DNA of 64,000 nt from a virus (lineage: Duplodnaviria > Caudoviricetes). Below, piece after piece: positions 10,097-20,022 of the stretch. Within the stretch, counting starts at the first letter, position 1; each line of letters begins with the position of its first letter. Under the pieces are notes generated by a model. It made no database searches and had not been told where the DNA came from. It worked only from the letters and a program-made list of their open reading frames with translations. Both the position numbers and the translations under genes were made by a program. The stretch lies in IMG/VR virus record IMGVR_UViG_3300032007_000010. The stretch is one strand, 5' to 3'.

Positions 10097-10600
10097 ATGT
10101 CGATCATGTATCTCATGTCCGGCCCAAGCGGTGCCGGAAAGACAACCTTTGCAAAGAAACTCGCCGAGGATAGGAACCTGCAGTATCTCGGCATCGACGA
10201 TTTCTACGCCGTATTCAACGGCTCTGAGAAGAGACACGAGGATGAATTCGATGTGTGGATGGCCTTCTTTCAGGCCATCCACCTCGCTGAGCTCAAGGGG
10301 CGCAACATCGTCGTGGACACCAATTCTCCGACCAAGAGCAAGCGCACCGAGTTCCTGGATTGGTTCGGCGGATTCGACCAGCACGTGCTAATCTTCGTCA
10401 ATGCTCCCGTGGAACTCTGTGTTGCGAATAACCTGTCCCGCGAGCGTGTAATTCCGGAGGATGCAATGAACGAGATCATTGCCAGCATCGAGCATCCTCT
10501 CATCGAAGATGATCCACGCTGGGACAATGTCCAATGTTACATGAACAGGAACAACACCGGATATGATCTATATCCGACACCGACGAAGAAAGGCAGATAG
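10097..10600 (+). CDS. P-loop kinase (polynucleotide kinase/AAA_33-like)
   Basis: GPSGAGKTT Walker A, VVDTN and lid-like NLSRER. Confidence 0.8.
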   Translation: MSIMYLMSGPSGAGKTTFAKKLAEDRNLQYLGIDDFYAVFNGSEKRHEDEFDVWMAFFQAIHLAELKGRNIVVDTNSPTKSKRTEFLDWFGGFDQHVLIFVNAPVELCVANNLSRERVIPEDAMNEIIASIEHPLIEDDPRWDNVQCYMNRNNTGYDLYPTPTKKGR

Positions 10601-10602
10601 CT

Positions 10603-10776
10603 ATGAAGATCAGTGAGGTAGTGTATACCCTCAACAAGATCATTGCCGAGCACGGCGATCTCGAGCTGGTCGTGACCAGCGGTGATGGTGACGAGCGCAT
10701 GCCCGTCACCGATGTTGGAATCAGCGAAGCACTGGGCGGTGGAGATCTCGCCGCCTACGTTAGCGCCGACGAATGA
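10603..10776 (+). CDS. Small protein (MKISE family), below the ORF-track cutoff
   Basis: MKISEVVYTLNKIIAEHGDLELVV... 57 aa, translated manually. Confidence 0.65.
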   Translation: MKISEVVYTLNKIIAEHGDLELVVTSGDGDERMPVTDVGISEALGGGDLAAYVSADE

Positions 10777-10788
10777 AGGAGTGGTACC

Positions 10789-11046
10789 ATGAAGGCAGAA
10801 GATATTCGCAATGCCAACAAAAAGGTGATGGAGCTTGACAATCTTGTCAGACTATACAATATCATCAAAACGGATGTGGTGAATGGCGCTCCGAACTACG
10901 ATGGCTACATCCACCGTCACGGGGATTCGTTTCGGATCAATGTTGATGGTATGTACATCAGACCGGACAAAGAATTCATGGATTTTCTGACCGGTTGGAT
11001 CAACGGTAGGATCACCACGATCAAAGCCGAGATCGAGAAACTCTAG
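10789..11046 (+). CDS. Hypothetical protein
   Basis: aaggag RBS, in operon. Confidence 0.7.
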   Translation: MKAEDIRNANKKVMELDNLVRLYNIIKTDVVNGAPNYDGYIHRHGDSFRINVDGMYIRPDKEFMDFLTGWINGRITTIKAEIEKL

Positions 11047-11067
11047 ACATTAGGAGGATGAATCAAC

Positions 11068-11313
11068 ATGGAAGTCAAGAAACTCAATGAATTTGCACCC
11101 AGAGTATTTGACATCGTCAGGCAGATCTGCGACGACGCCGCGGCCGCAAAACCCGGCAGCATCGAGTTCCGCTCGGCCATCGACGAGCTCGACGACTGCT
11201 CCAAGGTTCTGCTGAGCCAGTTCGACCCTGACACGGTGCGCGACATCGAGGAGAACACGTGCAATGATAACCTCTGCACACTGTTGGAGGAAGCTGAACC
11301 CTTCCTGCAATGA
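11068..11313 (+). CDS. Hypothetical protein
   Basis: aggagg RBS. Confidence 0.7.
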   Translation: MEVKKLNEFAPRVFDIVRQICDDAAAAKPGSIEFRSAIDELDDCSKVLLSQFDPDTVRDIEENTCNDNLCTLLEEAEPFLQ

Positions 11314-11349
11314 GGTAACGATCATAAAAATATAGGAGGATCAAGAAAT

Positions 11350-11958
11350 ATGGAAGCGGCAAAACTGATCGAAGATGTCACAAGCGCATTTGAGCATCTC
11401 GATACCAATCCCAAGGTGGTCATCGGCAACATGGATCTCATCGGACATCTCGAGATCGACAGCGTCGGTGCCGTTCGCTCCGACGCCGATGAACGCCACG
11501 GCTACATCAACGATGTGATCATCTACGCCAAACTTCCGGAGTCGACGCGCAGCGCATACGATGCAATGCATAATAACATCGCAAAGGTCGTCAACACCAT
11601 CAATGTCCTCGAAAACGCCGCAAGCTCCGAACGGTGCAAGGAAGCGCGCGAGCTTCTCAACGAATTCGAGCTCATTGCGTCCCAACTTGCTTTCGTCTCC
11701 GGCATCACCAGCATCGAACAATATATGGAGAACGTGCCGGACGCTGTTTTCGAGCCCGAGAAAACCCATGCCATGAAGATCAGCGAAGTCATCTCGGCTC
11801 TCGAGGCAATCAAGGTGATTCAGGGTGATATTGAGTGCATGTGCCCGCCCTGTTCCGGCGACAACTTCCGTCCGGTGGAGCGCGTCGGCACCGGTATCTA
11901 CGATGATGGAACCGTCAAGGCCGACATCATGGACGGTGCAGATCCGGAGGAATTGTGA
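11350..11958 (+). CDS. Hypothetical protein with C-terminal MKISE-family module
   Basis: aggagg RBS; MKISEVISALEAIKVIQGDIEC in the C-terminal part. Confidence 0.7.
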   Translation: MEAAKLIEDVTSAFEHLDTNPKVVIGNMDLIGHLEIDSVGAVRSDADERHGYINDVIIYAKLPESTRSAYDAMHNNIAKVVNTINVLENAASSERCKEARELLNEFELIASQLAFVSGITSIEQYMENVPDAVFEPEKTHAMKISEVISALEAIKVIQGDIECMCPPCSGDNFRPVERVGTGIYDDGTVKADIMDGADPEEL

Positions 11959-12374
11959 TGCCGAGAAAGAAAGCCTCAACGGAGGCAGATACACAGATGT
12001 CAACCGGTAGGGTTAAGCTGCTCAGCGATGGGGTCCATATTCTCGGCACCGAGTATAAAATAGAGATTCATAGCACAAATAGCGACAAGAAGTTGTTGAC
12101 CTCGGACGGCTACATTACCTATGGCGCTCATGTCATAGTCATCGAGGATATGATGGATTCAGCCTATGATGGCTATACGACCGAATGCATTGCACAACAG
12201 TGGAAGAGCACATTGAGACATGAGATTGTCCACGGTTTTCTCCGCGAGAGCGGATTGGGCTCAGGCTGTGGAAAGTTTGATAGAGGTTGGGCAAACAACG
12301 AGGAAATGGTCGATTGGTTTGCCCTCCAGGGCCCGAAGATCATGGAAGCCTGGAAGGAGTGCGGTTGTCTATGA
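11955..12374 (+). CDS. HExxH metallopeptidase-like phage protein
   Basis: TLRHEIVHGFLRESGL...NEEMVDWFA. Confidence 0.7.
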   Translation: MMPRKKASTEADTQMSTGRVKLLSDGVHILGTEYKIEIHSTNSDKKLLTSDGYITYGAHVIVIEDMMDSAYDGYTTECIAQQWKSTLRHEIVHGFLRESGLGSGCGKFDRGWANNEEMVDWFALQGPKIMEAWKECGCL

Positions 12375-12547
12375 GGATCTCCAAACTCATCTCATTCCTC
12401 AAGAAGGTTGAGAAATCAGAAGGCGACATCAAGGTCGGGTTCTATCTCTCGGACTACGGCGAGGATGCCAAACTCGAATCCACCATGATCACCAACGGCA
12501 AGAAACCGAAGCTCCTGATCATGCTTGAACTCAAGAAGGGAGATTAG
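12371..12547 (+). CDS. Small protein (MKISE family)
   Basis: MRISKLISFLKKVEKSEGDIKV; ATGA overlap with the upstream stop. Confidence 0.65.
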   Translation: MRISKLISFLKKVEKSEGDIKVGFYLSDYGEDAKLESTMITNGKKPKLLIMLELKKGD

Positions 12548-12829
12548 AGCCATGGATCAAATGAACCTCACAGATCTCGAGGCAACCAAACAACTTTTTG
12601 ACAGACTGAAGATTCTCTACGCCGAGAGTACAGAAGATCTGGGCAGTGAAGAAAACCCATGGTTTCAGATCATCGGCGTCTCTGGTACCGAGGCTTCATC
12701 CGTCGTCGTGACTATGGCTACATCGAGAAACTCAAGTACGTCAAGATAGCCCGTCGCAGTCTCAGTCGCATCAGAAGAAAGCAGAAGATCCAAAAGAAAA
12801 TACAATCATTATTCAGGAGGTAACACACT

Positions 12830-13678
12830 ATGGCATTCGAACTTATCATCGTCAACAAGACCAGCCTTCCGACCAAGGACCTCGCCGCTAAGATCCACTA
12901 CAGTCTCGTCGGCTGCCCGGCCTACATCGACAGCGACATCCTTCTCCACCAGCCAGACGAAACCGACCCTCAGGACACTATCCTGCTGATGTTGAACGGA
13001 GAGCGTCCCAGTTCCCCGGAGCCGAAGAATCCCCAGGTGACGTTTCGCGCCAATGTCACTGACGCCGACGTCAGCTTCATGGATCTCAATGAGGTCAGAA
13101 AACGCTGGCCCAATGTCAAGGCGGACTGCGACAAACACGATACCGTCAAGGAGAAGCAGGCTAGGCTCCATGACTATGTGGCAGCGTGGCTGACGGAGCA
13201 CTGCGAACATGACCTTGAATCTTCCACTCCGGAGGGAGTGCTCTACGATGGCTACATTGCCAGCCTTAGTGCAACGCCCGACGCAACCATTCCGACCAGG
13301 CTCGAATTCTCCATCGCCTGCATCGACGCTTTCCTGAATCGCGACGTGTTGATATGCGACACCGACGTTGACATCGAGCTCTTCGATACGGATCTGGTGA
13401 ACCGCGTCTGGGAAAGAGTCTTCTATGACGACGGTTCTCTCGACGGGCTCGAATTGACCGCCGTGGTCCGGAATAACGACCATAAGGCCGATTATGAGAC
13501 CATGACCGTCGATGAGCGCTGGGCCACGTTCACCCGTGACATGACCGACGAGGAGAAGGCCATCTGGCTCGACAAAGACGGCAAGCGGAAGGGCTTCGAC
13601 TATCCCATCACCATCGAAGAGGACGACCAGCTCAAGAAGAAGTTCACTGAGCTCCACGCCCTCAGAAAGGAGGACTGA
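12830..13678 (+). CDS. Hypothetical protein
   Basis: 282 aa, aggaggt RBS. Confidence 0.8.
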   Translation: MAFELIIVNKTSLPTKDLAAKIHYSLVGCPAYIDSDILLHQPDETDPQDTILLMLNGERPSSPEPKNPQVTFRANVTDADVSFMDLNEVRKRWPNVKADCDKHDTVKEKQARLHDYVAAWLTEHCEHDLESSTPEGVLYDGYIASLSATPDATIPTRLEFSIACIDAFLNRDVLICDTDVDIELFDTDLVNRVWERVFYDDGSLDGLELTAVVRNNDHKADYETMTVDERWATFTRDMTDEEKAIWLDKDGKRKGFDYPITIEEDDQLKKKFTELHALRKED

Positions 13679-13990
13679 ACCAATGCTAAAAAATCATATT
13701 CAACAACTGCAGCGGCTTCAAGACCGAAGCCCTCTACGACAAGATGGTCGCAGCGCTCGGCGACGTCTTTGGAGAATTCCGAGAGCACAACCGTTTCGAA
13801 CTCTATCCATGGGACCACGAGGGTCCGATGTCATGGTATCATTGTAACTTCTACTTCAGACCGGACGGAAGCTTTGTGCTGATCGACTACGGTGAATAAG
13901 AGATGAACCCCGGGATAAAAATCCCGGGGTCTCTTTCTTTTTATACAAGATGCTACAGATCTATAATGGACATCAGATAAAGTATCCCTG

Positions 13991-14533
13991 ATGCTGCCCA
14001 TTTTGACATGGTTATATACCTTGGGAGATGGAAGAAAGGGGTATATGACAATCATGATACTGTCCGAAAACACCTATATCCGCATCGGTGAGATACCGAA
14101 GGACAAGCACTCCACAATATACTACAACGGTCTTCCGGTCGGCAAGGAGGACGGTCTTGCGGTCTACGACTGCGCCCGAGACAAGGATCTCCATGACTGG
14201 AGAATCGTATTGTCCAAGCCCGTGAATGGTGCAACGGTGCTGATTCTCGCGGATCTGCTCGAGGCTGTCTACGCCGGCGAAGCCAAGGTCTACATCATTG
14301 TTGGCAAACGGATTGGAACCTCCACCGATGGAACACCGCTCATCGATCCGCTCGCCATCATCGAGGATGTGACCGATCAATTCCGGGAACTCCCGGATCT
14401 CGCACAGATGCGAGCAAATGAAGTAGAACCACGCAGCGGCAAGACCTACATGGATCTGGCCGTTGCTAAAGTTGATAAGAAGGAGGATGAACATGCCACC
14501 GAGGAAGAACAGCGCCATCCCGAAGGCGATTGA
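13991..14533 (+). CDS. Hypothetical protein (true start probably ~14045)
   Basis: ORF following RACA-N4-TATA motifs at 13954 and 14005. Confidence 0.7.
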   Translation: MLPILTWLYTLGDGRKGYMTIMILSENTYIRIGEIPKDKHSTIYYNGLPVGKEDGLAVYDCARDKDLHDWRIVLSKPVNGATVLILADLLEAVYAGEAKVYIIVGKRIGTSTDGTPLIDPLAIIEDVTDQFRELPDLAQMRANEVEPRSGKTYMDLAVAKVDKKEDEHATEEEQRHPEGD

Positions 14534-15776
14534 TACCTCGCTGCTGGAGGTTGGCTATGCGCGCTACAACGCCGCCTCCGGCTGGGACGATCTGGAACGA
14601 GATGACGACGGCTTTGTGATACTTCGTCCGACGGCTTCCCACGTCGATCGTCACATGAATGCTCTGAGCACCGACATCGACACGCTCGAGGCGAAGCTCA
14701 AGAAGTACCGCAAGGAACAGGCCGAAACCGCGAAGTATCAGAAGTCCGAGGAATACAAAGAGTCCAAGAAGAACGAAAACAAGAAGAAGAAAAAGAAGAA
14801 GCGCGAGACCCTCATCAACATGGTCTTCAACACCGCCGATGCGGACAACGCCGACGAAGATGAGGAGCTCTACGATGAGGAGGACGGTTCCGGCTACATC
14901 GAAAAGAAGAAGCGCGGTCGTCCCAAAAAGGTGGGCAACTCGCTCGATACCACCTATGGCATGCGCTTTGCGCCGATCATGGACATGCTCAACCAAAAGT
15001 CCCAGGAGTTTGACCAGATCGCAAAAGACATCGAGGCTGAGCTCGCCGAGAACAAGAACAGTGCCAGATCCATGTATCGATCCTCGCAGATGAGCAACAT
15101 GCTATCGGCCAAGTCATCGTCGCTCTCGGCCATCACCTCCATGGCATCTCTGGCCACGACTCTTTCCAGACTCGAGTATCAAAAGGAGAAAGATAAGCGG
15201 GCCGAGACCGGCAACCAGGATAAGGAAGTTGCCAGCATGGCCGCGAAGTTCCTGCGCGGCAGCCTCGACGACATCGAGGACGAGGACTTCTCCAAGAAAC
15301 GCAAGAAGAAGGACAAGAAGGGAAAGAAGGATAAGAGCACCAGAAATCCCTATGGTAACTTCAAGTCACTCTCTGCCGACGATGACGATGATGACGAGGA
15401 TGTTGCAACCTTCGGAAGCATTAGCAAGTCCGGCGGAAAGAAGGGAAAGGTGTCCGACGAAGAACAGAAGGAGCTTGCCATGGAGTTCGCCAAGACTCTC
15501 AAGAGCCGCAAGGACGAGATCAAGCTCACACCGCACGAGAAGGCGCTCGCGCTCGAGGGAACCTTCCATGTGATGGTGCTCTGTGATCCGCTGGATCCTA
15601 ACGGTACCTGGAAGTATGTTCCGATAGACAATAAGTCCGGCAAGATCCTCAAGGATGATGCATACAAAGATCTTCTTCCCAAAAAGAAGAAGGCTCGCAT
15701 GAGATTTTCGCTCGAAAAGGGGAGAGCGATCGACCTGAACTCGGCTAGAACCTATAAACTGATGTACAAATCATAA
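14493..15776 (+). CDS. Highly charged (Lys/Asp-rich) hypothetical protein with coiled coils
   Basis: aggagg RBS before ATG 14493; poly-K and poly-D tracts; N-terminal RDDDGFVIL motif. Confidence 0.8.
   Translation: MPPRKNSAIPKAIDTSLLEVGYARYNAASGWDDLERDDDGFVILRPTASHVDRHMNALSTDIDTLEAKLKKYRKEQAETAKYQKSEEYKESKKNENKKKKKKKRETLINMVFNTADADNADEDEELYDEEDGSGYIEKKKRGRPKKVGNSLDTTYGMRFAPIMDMLNQKSQEFDQIAKDIEAELAENKNSARSMYRSSQMSNMLSAKSSSLSAITSMASLATTLSRLEYQKEKDKRAETGNQDKEVASMAAKFLRGSLDDIEDEDFSKKRKKKDKKGKKDKSTRNPYGNFKSLSADDDDDDEDVATFGSISKSGGKKGKVSDEEQKELAMEFAKTLKSRKDEIKLTPHEKALALEGTFHVMVLCDPLDPNGTWKYVPIDNKSGKILKDDAYKDLLPKKKKARMRFSLEKGRAIDLNSARTYKLMYKS
15732..15776 (+). repeat. Copy 1 of duplicated C-terminal coding segment (DLNSARTYKLMYK)
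   Basis: The same peptide is encoded again, with different synonymous codons, at 16882-16926. Confidence 0.85.
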
Positions 15777-15872
15777 AGAATCCCGGTATACCACACAAAA
15801 CGGTATACCGGGCCTTTATTTTTGAAACGAATAACAGTACTATAGTTTCTTAAATAAAGGAGAGTATTACAG

Positions 15873-16883
15873 ATGAAAACAGTAAAAGAGGGAGAACGTT
15901 TTGGCAGGCTTACTGTTACAGGATACAAAGCAACAGAGCGCTGGTCAAATGGTAAACTCAAGTATGTATATTATTGCAAATGTGATTGCGGAGAGACAGT
16001 AGAAGTTGACGTATACAATCTTTTGAGTGGTCGATCAACAAGTTGTGGGTGTTATGTGCGTGAAATAAAAAAGATTCGAAGAGACAAGGAAATGCTTGGT
16101 AAACGGTTTGGTAAGCTAACCGTTATAGAACCTGTAGAGACTGAAAAGAAAAGCAACGGAAAAGACTATATTGTTCGATACCGTTGCAAATGCGATTGTG
16201 GTAATACATGTATTGTGCGTTATTCTCAATTAGTAGGGGGTCTTACAAAAAGCTGTGGGTGTTTACATCATGAAATACCTGCGGAGAAATATGCTGTCAA
16301 TAAAGATAGCGTGAATAGTAGGCTTTATTGGATCCATGCAGGTATACTAGATCGGACTAAAAATAACCCCGTGTATATTCCACGCGGGATTGCCGCCGAG
16401 TGGGCGCTTCCGAATGGTGTTGGATATAAAAATTTCAAAGAATGGTCATATAAAAACGGCTATTACGAGCAGCCAAAAGAAACCCCTCGAAAGGATAAAT
16501 TAACAATAGATAGATGGCCAGATCCAGAAGGGCCGTATTCACCGGATAATTGTCGGTGGGTTACAATGAAGGAACAATCAAACAATAGATGGACAAATTC
16601 TAAAATACGAATAAATAATAAGATATACAATTACGCTCAAGCCGCTGAAGTATTTGGCCTTGGCGAACATTTCATAAATCATAGAGTGATGGGAGGGTGG
16701 AGTAATTCGGCCATTGCATACGCTATTGAACATCAAGATCTTAGCGTTCATCGTAAAAACCGCGAATATTATGACAAGTGTGGTTTTCGTGTATTGATTC
16801 CGAGAACAAACGAGGATTTTCCAACAGCAAAAGGAACGGGAAGCAATAAAACAAAGCTAAAAGGAACAGATGTTGTGGTATGA
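15873..16883 (+). mobile_element. Free-standing HNH-type homing endonuclease gene
   Basis: Two G.RFG.LTV...C.CDCG...SCGC repeats and TIDR..D..G.YSPDNCRWVT..EQ.NNR; markedly AT-rich relative to its flanks. Confidence 0.85.
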
Positions 16884-16926
16884 TCTGAATAGTGCTCGTA
16901 CCTATAAGCTGATGTACAAGAACTGA
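16882..16926 (+). repeat. Copy 2 (orphaned) of duplicated C-terminal coding segment
   Basis: gat ctg aat agt gct cgt acc tat aag ctg atg tac aag aac tga. Confidence 0.85.
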
Positions 16927-16985
16927 ACATTTATATGATGCTCAGCCGCAGGGTGTCGATTTGTTTCATGATCTTCTCCTTTGAA

Positions 16986-17009
16986 ACCCCTCCCATTTCC
17001 GGGAGGGGT
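16986..17009 (+). terminator. CCCCTCCC hairpin family copy 2
   Basis: acccctccc-atttcc-gggaggggt. Confidence 0.7.
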
Positions 17010-17046
17010 CTTCGTTTTGAATATATAATATAGAGGTAATGATCAA

Positions 17047-17547
17047 ATGATGGGAGGATTTCACATGAATAACAGATGGGTAAACGGTAGGAAGGTTGAA
17101 CCAACCGAGCGTCAAAACGAAGTTCTTGGATTTTTGGACAAATTCATTCAGCACGGTGTATCCAACGACAAGGCTCACGGAGTTGATGTGTTATACAACC
17201 AATTCATGAGTGGATACTGTCTACACTTCGCATTGATGCTACAGGGGCTATTTCAGCGCGGCAAAGTATGCCTCGCTGCTCCCTTCGGTCACATGGTCTG
17301 GATGGACGACGATGGAACCTGCTATGATTATGGTGGTTTCTATGATGGCGAAGCGTATTACTTCATACCGATTGATATGATTCCGAAATCCATGCTCACA
17401 GATTTCCGTCATGTTCCGAGCGAGGTGCCAACGGCGTACATATCAAAAACTCGGTGTATTTGGCTTATGAAGAGATACTGTGATCTGGCTGGAATCGATT
17501 ACGATGCTGAAGCCGAGCGCTATCTCAAGCCCAGTGCTGTGCGATAG
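17047..17547 (+). CDS. Hypothetical protein (possible Cys-His papain-like fold)
   Basis: FMSGYCLHFALML...GHMVW...YDYGG pattern; likely start ATG 17065. Confidence 0.65.
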   Translation: MMGGFHMNNRWVNGRKVEPTERQNEVLGFLDKFIQHGVSNDKAHGVDVLYNQFMSGYCLHFALMLQGLFQRGKVCLAAPFGHMVWMDDDGTCYDYGGFYDGEAYYFIPIDMIPKSMLTDFRHVPSEVPTAYISKTRCIWLMKRYCDLAGIDYDAEAERYLKPSAVR

Positions 17548-17552
17548 GTCGG

Positions 17553-17585
17553 ATCCCTCCCAAATAACCGGGAGGGATTCTTTTT
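17553..17585 (+). terminator. CCCTCCC hairpin family copy 3
   Basis: atccctccc...gggagggat plus T tract. Confidence 0.7.
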
Positions 17586-17672
17586 GGTCTATATAATATA
17601 AAAATGAACAATGGTGTCGAACAGCTGACGACATCATTGTAACCATACTATCAAGAAAGGAATTAGTAGACA

Positions 17673-17906
17673 ATGAAAGTTAGAGATCTTATTTCGGTAC
17701 TCGAGAACTTCGACCCTGATCTCGATGTAACCCTGAGCTTTGAGCTCGACAATGAGGGTCATACAGTACACTTTGATCCCCGCTTCGAAGAGATTGAAAC
17801 CAACGACGGCGATGTGATCGACATAGACATCGGTGATATTGAGTGCCAGGATGACTACGATGGCATATCTGATGTGCTCGATGAAGATGACGAAAACGAT
17901 GAGTGA
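17673..17906 (+). CDS. Small acidic protein (MKV.DLI..L family)
   Basis: MKVRDLISVLENFDPDLDV. Confidence 0.7.
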   Translation: MKVRDLISVLENFDPDLDVTLSFELDNEGHTVHFDPRFEEIETNDGDVIDIDIGDIECQDDYDGISDVLDEDDENDE

Positions 17907-17939
17907 AATACATAATCGGGCATACGACTCAGGAAAGGT

Positions 17940-18428
17940 ATGAACACCATGGATAGAAAACTTGAGAATGAAATCAAACTCGCCGCAGCGTTGCTCAAGC
18001 ATATCGACGGGTCTACTCCCGATGAGATGCGTGAGTATCTCGAGGATCTTGAACCAAAGGATGCGAATGCGCTCTTCGAAGACCTTGACGAACTCAAGCG
18101 GCTGCTGCGACGCATCCATGAGCACTATGACGGAGGGCTGGAGACTCCGGAGCGCATCGATCTCGATCTGCACTTTACCCACATTACCCAGGAGGCAAAG
18201 AACCGTATTCTCGCCATATGTGGGTTCAGCGATCTTTTCAGAATGGGCGACGAACCCGTCATATCGTTTATTGGAAACATGGGCGATGATTTCTTCGGCA
18301 TGAGCGCCAAGATCGAGTGCACATCTCTTCCGACGAGCCAACACGAGGATGATCTGGAGATCGAGGAAGCTCGTAGGAAAGGTGAGCTCATCGAGGAAGA
18401 TGGCGAAGGAGACAATGAAAATGAATAA
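17940..18428 (+). CDS. Hypothetical protein
   Basis: 162-aa ORF in operon. Confidence 0.7.
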   Translation: MNTMDRKLENEIKLAAALLKHIDGSTPDEMREYLEDLEPKDANALFEDLDELKRLLRRIHEHYDGGLETPERIDLDLHFTHITQEAKNRILAICGFSDLFRMGDEPVISFIGNMGDDFFGMSAKIECTSLPTSQHEDDLEIEEARRKGELIEEDGEGDNENE

Positions 18429-18660
18429 CAATAATGAACATCGACCTATCGATACGGAGAGTACCATGGATAGGTTGCAGCGAGAGGATAGATTCCTCGC
18501 CCACGGTCATGTCTATGGAACCATGAGTCCGCAGATATGATCAAAGAGCATTCTGGGGGAGACCCCTGGTATCAGTTCCTAGAGGAACAAACAAGATCCA
18601 TGCATGCGAAGGGTTACTCCGGTGGCCCGCTCATATACACGAAGAACATGGAGGAGAATC

Positions 18661-20022
18661 ATGAATAATCTCACAAAACGCAAGTATCGTTTTACCTACG
18701 GCTATGCCTTTCCCGAGAAACATCCGGAGTGCCCTGATTTCGAGGGTGAGTACTACGTACAGCTCAGCGACACCGACGTGATCGAAGAGGGCGAAACTCC
18801 CAACGAAGCAGGTTTCCTCGTCGTGGCCATGGACCGCTTCGTCGAAGAGCGTAATACCATGGAGCTCAACGAGACTGAGGAGTATGAGCTTCACAGCATC
18901 ACAATCGTTCCCATCACCAGAACGGTTAAGGATCCCAGCGATGTATTGAAAGCACTCATGGATGATTACGTCAATGAGGCGGATTCCATGACTGATCTGA
19001 TCCTCTGCTGGCTCGATGAGGATGAGTCTCATACCCTCACCGACGAGGAGATCCAAACCCTGATCGAGTTTGCCGGGGATGAGAACTATGTGACGGTGGA
19101 AGACATTCGACACATGTCGACGCATGACCCAATGTGCAATGTCGAACCTTACAAGAATGCACAGGCCATGTTTGACGTCATGAAAGAACTCGACGTTGGC
19201 AGCGATCATTTCACCGAGAGACTCAAATATGTTGATAGGCGCATCGAGATTGACACCGAATGTCTCAACACCGCCTGCGGCAATAAAGAAACCAGTCGTT
19301 ATCTGCACCGCATCAATCAGCTTAAGAAATATAAGAAGATGCTCAACATGATTGCGTTCATCGATCGTGTGGAGTCTTCGGATTTGAACGAACGGCTCAT
19401 CATGCTCCGGCTGATCGCGGAACAATTCGGTGTACCGATAATCACGGCTGAACAGGGGAATGAATCTGCAGCCCCTGGTGCATATGGTTCCGGCAAGGTT
19501 GATGGTGTGATTGCCATGGGCGAAACCGTCACATTCGACGGCATCGAATGGATCGTGGTCAATGTGGACAAGGATAGATACACCCTCATGAAGAAGACGA
19601 TCGACAAGATCTCCGCGTTCGGACTCTCCACAAATTATCGCGGTTCGTACATTGCTGATAGATGCGAAGAGTTTCAGGCCCACATGAGCAATGCTGCACT
19701 TTCGATGATCAGCGATAAAACTGTCCAGGGGGTCACTGCCAAGGTATGGATCGCCACCAAGTCCATGATCGAAGAATGGACGGATTCCGACAATCCCACC
19801 AACAACATGTATGGTAGTGTGCGTGTGTGGGATTTCCAAGATACGACGATCGATGCTAAGAAAAACGGTTCCTACTGGTGCCCCGATCCGTCCGACTCCA
19901 ACTATGTCTGGTACGTTAATTGTGGCGGCTACTTCCTCAACTACATTCCGAGCGATGCGCGTGGGTTCCGCCCCTGCATCGAAGTTATTGGGAGGGGCGA
20001 GCATGTATCCAATGTCACCTGA
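18661..20022 (+). CDS. Fusion protein with C-terminal DGR-target-type (C-type-lectin-like) domain
   Basis: C-terminal ~165 aa paralogous to 25229/25957 (FDGIEWIV...YTLMKK...AKVWIATK...YWC...GFRPCIEV); gaggag RBS before 18661. Confidence 0.8.
   Translation: MNNLTKRKYRFTYGYAFPEKHPECPDFEGEYYVQLSDTDVIEEGETPNEAGFLVVAMDRFVEERNTMELNETEEYELHSITIVPITRTVKDPSDVLKALMDDYVNEADSMTDLILCWLDEDESHTLTDEEIQTLIEFAGDENYVTVEDIRHMSTHDPMCNVEPYKNAQAMFDVMKELDVGSDHFTERLKYVDRRIEIDTECLNTACGNKETSRYLHRINQLKKYKKMLNMIAFIDRVESSDLNERLIMLRLIAEQFGVPIITAEQGNESAAPGAYGSGKVDGVIAMGETVTFDGIEWIVVNVDKDRYTLMKKTIDKISAFGLSTNYRGSYIADRCEEFQAHMSNAALSMISDKTVQGVTAKVWIATKSMIEEWTDSDNPTNNMYGSVRVWDFQDTTIDAKKNGSYWCPDPSDSNYVWYVNCGGYFLNYIPSDARGFRPCIEVIGRGEHVSNVT

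Noticed and set aside
15777-16930. Group I intron around the HNH gene
   Set aside because: The upstream gene ends with its own stop codon, and the flanks are too short to hold a ribozyme core.
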